Positions 36,872-45,921 of a stretch of DNA of 64,000 nucleotides are shown in pieces. Below the pieces are notes generated by a model. It ran no database searches. It saw nothing but the letters and a program-made list of their open reading frames with translations, and had not been told where the DNA came from. The stretch is from a virus. Position numbers and translations under genes: made by a program. The stretch is from IMG/VR virus record IMGVR_UViG_3300009085_000003, positions 1-64,000 of that record; one strand, written 5' to 3'. Every line of letters starts with the position of its first letter. Position 1 is the stretch's first letter.

Positions 36872-38917
36872 CTACTGTGGGATGGTCGGCAAAACAAATT
36901 GCATGAAGTCATCAATCGGAGTAGATTTCTTCATGTCAACGTTTTTAAACTTGTTGACCACATCCTCGGCGGTCAGGGTGTTTGTGACCGAGTTGGACGC
37001 AATATACTTATCAGAACCCTTTTCCCGAGAGTTCTTGGGCATATTGCCTTCGAGACTTTCCAGACGCGAGGCGATTTCCTTGGTGGCTGCCTGACTGGAT
37101 TGCAAAGCCTCTTTGAGCGCCGTGATTTGGTCGTCCCGGCTCTTGGTCTCTTTGGCGGCACTGGCTTGGATAGCCTCAGCCGAGTTGATGAAAGGCTGAA
37201 TCGCTGATGCAAGAGCATCGCTCAACACCGTGGCGAACTGCCCCATGGAGAGGTCGGATAACTTGAGGTTATCAGCTTCTTTGCCAACTGCCGCCTCATC
37301 AGCAACAGGTGCCTCGGGCTCCGCAGCAGGTTCTGGTTTTTCAACCTCGGGCTCCGCAGCAGGTTTTTCCTCGGGCGTTTCGGCAGCCTCAGCCTCGGGT
37401 TTTTCGGTTACCTCGGCTTCGGGTTTTTCTTCGTCCTCGTCCTTTTTGGCTGGCTCAGATTCCTTATAAGCCAGACCACTCATTTCAGCCGCCTTGGTGA
37501 CCTTGGTTGCATTATCAATCACATCCGCAACCAAGCCATCATCGGCAAGCAGCTTCTTGAATTCATCGAGTTTTTTATTGATAGACGTCATACTGTCATC
37601 TCCTTGTTTTACTGCAAAGGCAGTGAGTATATTACTTGCATATCCGGCTGGCAGGATGGAGCGCTCAAAGCGCCGGATGTTATGAAACACACCTTGCTCA
37701 TCGGGTTCGTTGATGGGGTGTGTGAATCCCAGTGAAACTTGCAGGTCGGACGATGATTCTTTTATCGCCATGGCAACCCGCGGGTCAAAGAATATCCCGG
37801 ACTCGATAAGTACCCGGTCGTAGACCATGTTGAAATCACAGACGCCGATATCGACACCGGGCACGTGCCACCAGCGCAACGTTCCGTAATCACCATCGCC
37901 GTCTGCCCGGTCACAATCAGCCTCCAGCGCCTTGGTTGAGACAATCTCACGGTCTCGGTCGATGAAAGCAGTGGACGATATCGCAACCCAGCGGTCTTGG
38001 TTCCGGGCATCCTTGAATACCACCATGCTGCCGCGACCGCCAGTGACATCCGCATCATCATCGTTGAATCCAACAGGTGGAATGGATTCTTTCGCGGCTC
38101 GACCAATACCGAACAAACGTTCGACCCACCCCTTGACCCCATAGGTTTCGGTTTTTTCAATCGATTCTTTGCGGCTCTTGGGGTGCTCGCTCGGATAGAT
38201 GCCTGTCACAATCTTATGCGCTCGAGCGGCAATCGCCTTACGCGCCTCTGGCTCATACCTTGCCAGCTCATCGGAGCCCGCGACCTTCGTGAAAAAGTCC
38301 GGGTCTCCGCCATACTTGTTTGCCAGATGCTTGGCAAGTCCAGCCATGTTGCCAGCGCCTTTTGTCTTGCTTGATTCTTTCCATAGGATATTATCCCGAA
38401 TGAAAGATAGCGGGAACTCAGTATTATCAATCATCTCTACCTCAGGCGCCGCTACCGCAACTGGGGACGGCAATGCGACCCACTGTTTTTCTACCGGATA
38501 GGGTTCGCCACGAAACACGATTTGGCTACCCTCGAACAACTCAAAGTCCATCCGGTAGTATAGGTTGGTGGGTATAGGGCTGGTCAGAGCGGCAGGAGTA
38601 TTGGGGCTGCCAGTAACAGTGCTCTTGAGACCAGCACGAATAACAGCGTGGTCATCGTAAGTATCCACAACATAATAAACCGTCATATCACCGGGCACAC
38701 CGGCGAAAAATCGTTCAACGTGCCGTACAACTTCACTATCAATATAAGCCGATAAATCCTGTATCGAAAGTTCTTTTTTAGCATCCGATACGTTGGCATA
38801 CAAAGCCTTGACCTGAGCCTCAGCCTTGTCCTGACCGTCGTGCGTGCCAACCACCTTGCCGGTGTCCTTGGCAATCACAACCCATTTTTCACCACGTTTC
38901 ATCGCTTTATACGGCAT
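36872..38917 (-). CDS. prohead protease (HK97-type) fused to scaffold
   Basis: DRDREIV...WWH...VSLGF...ERSILP...ASN; acidic EKPE linker and coiled coil. Confidence 0.85.
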   Translation of the reverse strand: MPYKAMKRGEKWVVIAKDTGKVVGTHDGQDKAEAQVKALYANVSDAKKELSIQDLSAYIDSEVVRHVERFFAGVPGDMTVYYVVDTYDDHAVIRAGLKSTVTGSPNTPAALTSPIPTNLYYRMDFELFEGSQIVFRGEPYPVEKQWVALPSPVAVAAPEVEMIDNTEFPLSFIRDNILWKESSKTKGAGNMAGLAKHLANKYGGDPDFFTKVAGSDELARYEPEARKAIAARAHKIVTGIYPSEHPKSRKESIEKTETYGVKGWVERLFGIGRAAKESIPPVGFNDDDADVTGGRGSMVVFKDARNQDRWVAISSTAFIDRDREIVSTKALEADCDRADGDGDYGTLRWWHVPGVDIGVCDFNMVYDRVLIESGIFFDPRVAMAIKESSSDLQVSLGFTHPINEPDEQGVFHNIRRFERSILPAGYASNILTAFAVKQGDDSMTSINKKLDEFKKLLADDGLVADVIDNATKVTKAAEMSGLAYKESEPAKKDEDEEKPEAEVTEKPEAEAAETPEEKPAAEPEVEKPEPAAEPEAPVADEAAVGKEADNLKLSDLSMGQFATVLSDALASAIQPFINSAEAIQASAAKETKSRDDQITALKEALQSSQAATKEIASRLESLEGNMPKNSREKGSDKYIASNSVTNTLTAEDVVNKFKNVDMKKSTPIDDFMQFVLPTIPQ

Positions 38918-38936
38918 CTGTCTTTGACTCCACAAT

Positions 38937-39063
38937 ATTGTCAGTTTATGACAATGTAATAAAATAGCACCTCGGTCTGGTTAAGACGCGGGGTGCTAAG
39001 TCCCGCTGCACTGTCCCTGTAGAACAGCCCAGCAAATGTGTGAAACTTACCTGTATTATAGCA
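38937..39063 (-). promoter_or_regulatory. extended -10 promoter and structured leader with terminator-like hairpin
   Basis: TGCTATAAT at 39055-39063; hairpin 38965-38998 followed by TTTT. Confidence 0.55.
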
Positions 39064-39067
39064 TAAT

Positions 39068-39292
39068 TTACGACATTGTTACCACAGGTCTCCACTGACC
39101 TGTCTCACCGCAGTGTCTGCATATGAACGTTACCCGCAATGGGAACGCGGCATTATCAATATACAACCGAAAGCCATCGGTTTCACCGATGACCGAATCG
39201 CAATGGCGGCAGTGGAAGTCTTTTAACGGGACTCCTGCTTTGCTACAGTCGCCATGGATTTTTGAATCATTTTTGGGAGTCTCTTTGTCCAT
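39068..39292 (-). CDS. Com-like zinc-ribbon protein
   Basis: DFHCRHC...FICRHCG. Confidence 0.6.
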   Translation of the reverse strand: MDKETPKNDSKIHGDCSKAGVPLKDFHCRHCDSVIGETDGFRLYIDNAAFPLRVTFICRHCGETGQWRPVVTMS

Positions 39293-39684
39293 TTTTCACC
39301 TATAACTTTACTAAACTCACGTGCTTGGATACCGGGCAGGTTAATGTTCTTGTTTACAATGACGCCGCTGAATTTACCCTTGCGTGAGCGTATCTGTCCG
39401 GGAACGGTCTTGGCGACGAACGGCGGCAGCATCAAGGCGTGTCTTACCCGCGTGCCACGGTCGATATATTTGAAGATATCCTGCGTGGTGAAGATGTCAC
39501 GCACGTTTGGTTTCGTCGCTTCGATGACGAACAGGGGCTGGTTAATCCACGTTTGTGTGACCACCTTGTAATCGATACGCACATCCTCGGCAGCCTCGTC
39601 CAGTGCCCGACCGATACCCTTGAGGTACAAGCCGGGGTCTAGAAACGAGTTCGGTGGAACGTGAATTCGTGCCCCAAATCTCAT
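39223..39684 (-). CDS. HK97 gp10-like head-tail completion protein
   Basis: YIDRGTRVRH...LPGIQAREF; basic. Confidence 0.65.
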   Translation of the reverse strand: MRFGARIHVPPNSFLDPGLYLKGIGRALDEAAEDVRIDYKVVTQTWINQPLFVIEATKPNVRDIFTTQDIFKYIDRGTRVRHALMLPPFVAKTVPGQIRSRKGKFSGVIVNKNINLPGIQAREFSKVIGEKWTKRLPKMIQKSMATVAKQESR

Positions 39685-41333
39685 TCAGCCAATCTCCTTA
39701 ATCCATTCACCATATTGCGGTAAATATCACTACCAAGATTATACGCCTTATGCTGGGCTTTCGTTGTGACCACTTGCGTTTCCAGCAAGGTTCGTCCACC
39801 CATCTTGAGCAGCCATGACAGGCTCTTGGATGGGTCGATGTGATACGTCTTGGCAAACTTCGCAAACTGCGCCTGACCCAAGTCGAGGATTTTCTGTAAC
39901 GTGGTCGCGCGAGCATCCTGCCGCATATAGACTCGCAGGAACCCACCCTCCGGGGCGTCCTGCCACTCGAACGAATCGACATTGCCACCCAGCATCCCAA
40001 GCGTAAATTTGGGGGTCTTGGGGTTCAGGTCTTGTTTCGTAGCTTGAATCAGCGCAGCCTGAATCTCGGGCGACAGGTCGGATGCCTTGATGTTTTTTAT
40101 CATTAATGCCTTAGCTTGCTCAACGTCAATCTTACCGCTGCCTAGGTCAGCCAGAACATCGGTGTTGCCGGGCACAAGGCGGAACAGGGCGGGCAGCTTC
40201 TCCTTTTGGAACAGTGCCAGATTGTCAGCCACCGAAATGGCAGTGCCAATCGGGTTGCCCTCCCAGTTGATGTCGGTCGATGCGTGGTTCGCTATCTCGA
40301 TTGCAATCGCATCAGCCACACGGCTGCCAAACGCCTCCTCAATATCCGGGCGCACGTTCACGTTATAATTCTCAGCTCCCCAGCGGGGATGTCCCATATC
40401 AAGGAATACAGCAGCGGGGTCAGTCAGATACCCAGCGTCGTGATAAATGTTCGCTATATAGGCTTGTGCGATATCAGTCGGGGTGTCCGAGCCCGGCACC
40501 TGTTTGAGTATTTCAGTGGCGAACTCGATATTGCCTCGGATATGATTGATGCCATGGTCACCCAGCTGGCGCTTCATTGCCTCGTTGTCTTGGACTGCCA
40601 ATGCATCGGCAGCGTCCATGGCGATTTTGTGTCGCAGTTCTGGTGACGCGTTTGTGTTGACTAAAATATCGTCCAGTTCATACAGCGTCTCGGCAATCAC
40701 TTTAGCTGAGTCTTTATGGATGAACTTATCGGTCAGTTGTGTCATGCGCTCATCGACCGCAGCACGAACATCATTATCATTCAGCTTGGGTCGCTCCCCA
40801 AACTCAGCAAGGCGCTCTTTGATGATTTCTGGAATCCGTTTCCCGGCATCTGCCATACGGTCTTGGGCATCAGCTCCAGCCTCAGTCCACTTAGCGCGTC
40901 GCTCATCCATGTCCATCTTCGCCCATTCAGCTTGGTCGAACGCGATAGCGGGCTTGTTCTGTACCATGAAATTTGGTTCGTCGAGTTTTTTGGCACCATG
41001 CTCACTGGCAAGTTTATCAAACTTCTCCAGCATCACCTTGCGCATCGACGCAGCCCGCTCTTGCTGCTCAGGTGTTTTGGGCTGGGCGGATGGCTGCGCA
41101 GCGGGAGTAGCCTCGGTAGCGGTGACTGGGCTGGACTCACCCTTGGGTTGGCTGCCGCCACGCTTGCCGGGAATACCAGCATGACCGCGGTTGCCGGAGC
41201 CAGCCCCGCCCTTTTCGCGCGTCCCAGACATGCTGCGCTTCACGGCAGCATCAATCTGCTCCGGGGTTGCCGTGTAAACGTTCAGCCCCTCGCGTTGCAG
41301 TTCATCTTCGAGTCCATCTAATTTGTATACCAT
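39681..41333 (-). CDS. tagged putative virion cargo protein, HD phosphohydrolase
   Basis: KGG tag; DHGINH...YHDAGY...GHP...NH...VADNL. Confidence 0.8.
   Translation of the reverse strand: MVYKLDGLEDELQREGLNVYTATPEQIDAAVKRSMSGTREKGGAGSGNRGHAGIPGKRGGSQPKGESSPVTATEATPAAQPSAQPKTPEQQERAASMRKVMLEKFDKLASEHGAKKLDEPNFMVQNKPAIAFDQAEWAKMDMDERRAKWTEAGADAQDRMADAGKRIPEIIKERLAEFGERPKLNDNDVRAAVDERMTQLTDKFIHKDSAKVIAETLYELDDILVNTNASPELRHKIAMDAADALAVQDNEAMKRQLGDHGINHIRGNIEFATEILKQVPGSDTPTDIAQAYIANIYHDAGYLTDPAAVFLDMGHPRWGAENYNVNVRPDIEEAFGSRVADAIAIEIANHASTDINWEGNPIGTAISVADNLALFQKEKLPALFRLVPGNTDVLADLGSGKIDVEQAKALMIKNIKASDLSPEIQAALIQATKQDLNPKTPKFTLGMLGGNVDSFEWQDAPEGGFLRVYMRQDARATTLQKILDLGQAQFAKFAKTYHIDPSKSLSWLLKMGGRTLLETQVVTTKAQHKAYNLGSDIYRNMVNGLRRLAE
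41151..41213 (-). repeat. KGG-GH tag copy 2
   Basis: KGGAGSGNRGHAGIPGKRGGS. Confidence 0.95.
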
Positions 41334-41343
41334 GTGTCCACCT

Positions 41344-42525
41344 CTATGTCTCAGAACCTAATACATAATTATCAAACATCAAATCATCCAGACTTATACC
41401 ACAGTAGTTGTTCAGCAAATGATTGATTTTGTTGGTTTCAACGGGCGAGAACTGCCGGAGCAGATTTGTCCACCCGTTGGAGCCACTTTGCCACTTCAGT
41501 TTTTGGTCTGTGATATTACATGCCACCAGATGTATCAAGCCACGCACCTCGACAATAATTTCAGCGATTTTGTCAGGCGAATATCCCTTAGCTTGGAGCA
41601 TGGTGCGAAACAAAGCCACTGTATCGTCGAGTACCACGCGGTAGGTACTATCCGCTCCGCTGCCTATCCGCCCCGCTATCTTTCCAAAAATTTTGGCTAT
41701 CTCGCTGTACACCTCGCCGCCAGCGTCGTTACCGCTCTCGTTTGACACGTTCTTGGCTGCCTCGGGCAACGTCAGTATCTGGACGGCATACGCAACTTCG
41801 TCATTAATACCGGATATCGTTGAGATGCACTGGATAGACCGGGCACCGCTAACCACCGCCATGGCAATATCAGCAGATGACAAGGTGGACGCAGTTCCCA
41901 GCAGCTGGCGCTCCGCAAGCGCAGCGACGTGCGTGTATATTTGTTCGCCCTCCTCTTGACCATATTTGCGAATCAGGGTCTCTCGCGCTATATCAAAGTC
42001 GTACTCGTTATTCTTGGGATGACAGTGGAGTAGGGTCATGTCATCAAAACGCGCGATATCGTCGTCGGCGAACGCTATAGAGTGAGCACCGCCTCGCGCC
42101 TCGTGTATGATTTCCCCTTTCGGGTTCAGGACAAACGCATACTCCCTACCACCAGATATCTCACCCTGACGCATCGCCTCCTTAAGGAGCTCGTTGGTGA
42201 GCGCCCGGAACTCCAATGAATTCGTTGGCAGCTTCTCCGATTTTAGTGGGTCGGGAGCCCCGCCTGTCTCTGGTTTAGGATTATCAATCGGAGCTGCGTG
42301 CTCGCCTTTGGGGAGAGACCCACCTCGCTTACCGGGTCTACCGGCGTGACCACGGTTACCAGAACTGGCGCTGCCTTTTTCGGAAATCGGGGAAAGTTCC
42401 CGCTCTGACGCGAGTAAATCATCTAACGCCTGCTGGGTAATATCGGCGTCGTCATAACCGGCTTCTAGATATTTCAGCCAGTCGTCATTAAGCTCAGAGT
42501 TGTTAACAAAGTTCCTTGGTGTCAT
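41344..42525 (-). CDS. tagged putative virion cargo protein, JAB/MPN domain
   Basis: Tag; REYAFVL...LLHCHP...LSSADI. Confidence 0.7.
   Translation of the reverse strand: MTPRNFVNNSELNDDWLKYLEAGYDDADITQQALDDLLASERELSPISEKGSASSGNRGHAGRPGKRGGSLPKGEHAAPIDNPKPETGGAPDPLKSEKLPTNSLEFRALTNELLKEAMRQGEISGGREYAFVLNPKGEIIHEARGGAHSIAFADDDIARFDDMTLLHCHPKNNEYDFDIARETLIRKYGQEEGEQIYTHVAALAERQLLGTASTLSSADIAMAVVSGARSIQCISTISGINDEVAYAVQILTLPEAAKNVSNESGNDAGGEVYSEIAKIFGKIAGRIGSGADSTYRVVLDDTVALFRTMLQAKGYSPDKIAEIIVEVRGLIHLVACNITDQKLKWQSGSNGWTNLLRQFSPVETNKINHLLNNYCGISLDDLMFDNYVLGSET
42316..42378 (-). repeat. KGG-GH tag copy 3
   Basis: KGSASSGNRGHAGRPGKRGGS. Confidence 0.95.
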
Positions 42526-45371
42526 GTGACTCCTACTATAAACGGATTATCATTCATTATAACAAACTCCAATTCGTTCAGACACCCAAAGCCAGTTAGG
42601 GCATTACAGAAAATTCGGCTGATGGGCACTCTGGCAGAGAACACGTAAGCTGAATTGCCGCTACTGTGACCATCACCAAATGTATACGCAATACCAACCG
42701 AGGATGTCCATGCCTCCATCGCGTTGCCATGATATAGCGCCGTATCGTACTTGTCAATACCAGCCCTACCCGCCTCAAAATTGATGTCTCCGATAGCTCT
42801 GGGTACCTCCAAATCGATAAAGCCTCGATAAAGCACAAGGGTGTCAGTCGGTTTGTATCCCATTTTGGCGAACCACGCCTGTGTTTGGCGATATATCGCT
42901 CGCAGCAACGCGCGTGCCTCGGCATTGGTCAATAGCATCATATGTTCGGAGCGGATGTCCATCTTCTCATCCGATGTCGACAGCTCCCCCTTCGCCAAGG
43001 TGTCCGCAACGAATACCGTGAGACGAGCGAGGTTTCTCTGCTTCTCGTCAGGGAACACGTCCGCAAAATTGCCCTCCAGCATATCATTGAGCGGAGACGG
43101 GTACAGGGCGGTGATATCGACACCGGTCTCGGCTGCGTATTGCTCTGCCAACACCGTAACTTTTTCATGTAAGGCACGGGCAATACTCCGAACGGAGTCC
43201 TCGGTTCCGATACTCCCCTTGTCACCATCCGGCACGTTGTATAGAAACCCGCGTATGATGCTACTTTCGGTTTCGTGGATGTAGGCGTAGTATTTTGATG
43301 TATCGGTAACTCCGGCTGCCGCCAGAGCTTCGTAAGCTACGGCTTGTAGTTCGTCATAATACTTGGTCAGAAAATCGCTCTTGGGTTGTACAGCGGCGTA
43401 TTTCTGTTCTTGCCACTGCGACATATTAGCGCCAAACTCGTCCTTCATCGCCTTTTGCAGACCCAGCATCATGGCATTATTATCATTCGAGCTGTGCGCC
43501 CAGCACTTAATAGCCGTACTCACTAGGGTCGGACTAATCCCAGTCTCTTGACTTAGGGTACTAATCACGTTCTTTTTAGCTTCCACACGCGCCACATTTA
43601 GTAGAGCCTCAACTTGCCCTTTATAGGTACCAGCTACAATCTGCCTAGAGAGCTCATCACGGTATTTGGTCGCCATGTCCACCATGTAGGCTGACTCGGG
43701 ATGCTTGGTGTAATGTTGTAGAAATTCTGGCGTGAGGTATTTGTCCAACATGAGCATCTCACGCTCGAGGGCGATTCGGCTCCTGTCGTCCCGGTCGCCT
43801 TTCTGAGTTCTATCAAACGGGGTAATATCCGCAAAATACTCCCCACTGCTTTGGCTTCCGCCCACCGCTACCGGTCGTGACGCCCCCTTTGGGGCGCTGC
43901 CGCCACGTTTGCCAAGGATGCCAACATGCCCATGGTGCCCAGAGCCAGTGCCACCTTTGAATGCAGCAACCTTGCCTTGGAGAATCCCCATGATGAATGC
44001 AAACATATCCGGGTCTTGGCGTGCCAATCGCCATGGGCTGACCGCGAATATCTCAAAAGCGCAGGACAGCAACTCGGTGCTCCCGTTCTGGTAGGAGGTA
44101 GTCATATACTCGAACAAGGGCGGCTTGTTCCGAGCTTCCAGCCGGTCTCGGTATTCGTTCAGTAACGCCCGGTCGTCGTCGTATAGCAGATATTCAATAG
44201 CGTGACCATACTCATGCGCGACCGTTGCCTTGAGCTCATCGTCCATGGTATCCACATCGAGGTCAGTCTCTCGGTCGGTGTATGGATAATTTTCCCGTGT
44301 TGGTAAGAGCTCAGAGTACCCAGCCAGAGCCCGCAGCTCGGGAACCACCTCATAAGGAATGTTCATTTGCGTATTGGTATCATCGTAGTTAGCGCCACTA
44401 TTAAACATACTGTACTTTAAGTTTACGCCAATCATGGGCTGGGTTTCGTCCACCACATCATAATTGACCAGCGAGTCGACTTCTGTAATCGCATCATATA
44501 TTTTCTGGTCGATAGCATCTCGAATTTCCGGCGTCAGTTGCTTGAGCACCCTATCAGGATAATTATGCATCACGTCCACGGTCTCATACTTGTTCAGATA
44601 CTGGGTGGTGTCAACACCAAACATATCGACGAACTGGCGTTGCATCTTGTGTTGCAGGGCTTGAGACACCTCTCGAGCCTTGGTATAGCGCTCCATGGCT
44701 GTCGATAGTTCATCGACCGCGTTCTGCATCACATCAGCTGCATGTTCGCCAAGGTACTTTTTTGCCTTGGCGTAAGAGTCTATAGCGACCACGCGTATCG
44801 GTTTCGATGGAATCTTGGCTGTGATATCAAATCCCGCATTACGCCACGCAGCGTTAGGCATATTATCAAGGTGTATATTTGGGTAGAACGCACCCTCAGC
44901 TCGAAACGCGATTGTCCAGTCCTCCGACACTTCATACTCGCCCAGCTCCAGCATATCCAGTACCTCGCCGTTACCAGCCCGCCACGCTGACATCACCGCG
45001 TCGAGCTGCTTGTGAGTCTCGGCATACGCTGCCGTGTACTGAGTCAGGTCTTTATCAATCGCTTTCATGTATGCGTCTAGATAGGTCTTGCCAATCGCCT
45101 TGGTCTGACGCAGTTTTGCCGTGAGTCCCTTTTGGTCGTAGTACCGATGCCGCACAGACGGGATATCGTACGACGGGATATCACGCTTTCCCTGCCCCCG
45201 CTCCCCCTTGGGTAACGACCCGCCACGTATCCCCGGACGACCCGCATGTCCCCAGTTTCCGGAGCTGGCACCACCTTTTACAGTGGCGCCAGTTCCCCAT
45301 ACAGCTGGGTCGATGATATCGATGTCAATCGATAACGGGATTCCGGGAACCGCGACGTTATTGTTTTTCAT
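42522..45371 (-). CDS. two-module tagged protein: zincin metallopeptidase + R-S-E-type ADP-ribosyltransferase
   Basis: AHEYGH...TELLS; LYRGF...AWTSS...ELEFVI. Confidence 0.8.
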   Translation of the reverse strand: MKNNNVAVPGIPLSIDIDIIDPAVWGTGATVKGGASSGNWGHAGRPGIRGGSLPKGERGQGKRDIPSYDIPSVRHRYYDQKGLTAKLRQTKAIGKTYLDAYMKAIDKDLTQYTAAYAETHKQLDAVMSAWRAGNGEVLDMLELGEYEVSEDWTIAFRAEGAFYPNIHLDNMPNAAWRNAGFDITAKIPSKPIRVVAIDSYAKAKKYLGEHAADVMQNAVDELSTAMERYTKAREVSQALQHKMQRQFVDMFGVDTTQYLNKYETVDVMHNYPDRVLKQLTPEIRDAIDQKIYDAITEVDSLVNYDVVDETQPMIGVNLKYSMFNSGANYDDTNTQMNIPYEVVPELRALAGYSELLPTRENYPYTDRETDLDVDTMDDELKATVAHEYGHAIEYLLYDDDRALLNEYRDRLEARNKPPLFEYMTTSYQNGSTELLSCAFEIFAVSPWRLARQDPDMFAFIMGILQGKVAAFKGGTGSGHHGHVGILGKRGGSAPKGASRPVAVGGSQSSGEYFADITPFDRTQKGDRDDRSRIALEREMLMLDKYLTPEFLQHYTKHPESAYMVDMATKYRDELSRQIVAGTYKGQVEALLNVARVEAKKNVISTLSQETGISPTLVSTAIKCWAHSSNDNNAMMLGLQKAMKDEFGANMSQWQEQKYAAVQPKSDFLTKYYDELQAVAYEALAAAGVTDTSKYYAYIHETESSIIRGFLYNVPDGDKGSIGTEDSVRSIARALHEKVTVLAEQYAAETGVDITALYPSPLNDMLEGNFADVFPDEKQRNLARLTVFVADTLAKGELSTSDEKMDIRSEHMMLLTNAEARALLRAIYRQTQAWFAKMGYKPTDTLVLYRGFIDLEVPRAIGDINFEAGRAGIDKYDTALYHGNAMEAWTSSVGIAYTFGDGHSSGNSAYVFSARVPISRIFCNALTGFGCLNELEFVIMNDNPFIVGVT
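43896..43958 (-). repeat. KGG-GH tag copy 4
   Basis: KGGTGSGHHGHVGILGKRGGS. Confidence 0.95.
45216..45278 (-). repeat. KGG-GH tag copy 5
   Basis: KGGASSGNWGHAGRPGIRGGS. Confidence 0.95.
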
Positions 45372-45921
45372 ATGCAGCCAGATAATCTACAACCTCAAGT
45401 TGTTTGTGGGCAGTCATCATTTTGTCCACTACCAGTTTAACATCTTTCCAGACATCTTTACCGTAATCATGGAACAGAATAATTCCACCCTTTTTGACCA
45501 GTGGAACCCAGTCTGTGATATCGCGGGTGATTTCGTGCTCCAGATGACCATCGTCAACCAGCAGCAGGTCGATGGGTTTATTATCCGCCCAGTGCTTGAC
45601 CCGTGCCTCGTGCGCGTCCGCAAGAATCTGGACGGGATACGCCGGGAACCCATGCTCCAAAAATGCGTTCTGTTCATTCACCAAGCCGTGCCCTGTAGCC
45701 ATTAAGGTATTATCAATCGTGTACAGGGTCGGCAGCAGGTCTGGGCGTACATCAGCCACCGCCATGGCAGTGGTTCCCACGCCCGCGCCAATATTGACCA
45801 CCGTGGCATTCTCCGGGGCAAGCTGGGCATACTTCGCCAGTAGACCCACCTCGTTAACCGTCAGGTAGCCGAACGACCGAGCCAGATGCTCCGCACGTGT
45901 TGCTTTCAGTAACTCGCTCAT
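45358..45921 (-). CDS. class I SAM-dependent methyltransferase (Methyltransf_24-like)
   Basis: VVNIGAGVGTT, LLVDDGH, VKKGGIILFHDY. Confidence 0.85.
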   Translation of the reverse strand: MSELLKATRAEHLARSFGYLTVNEVGLLAKYAQLAPENATVVNIGAGVGTTAMAVADVRPDLLPTLYTIDNTLMATGHGLVNEQNAFLEHGFPAYPVQILADAHEARVKHWADNKPIDLLLVDDGHLEHEITRDITDWVPLVKKGGIILFHDYGKDVWKDVKLVVDKMMTAHKQLEVVDYLAAYEKQ

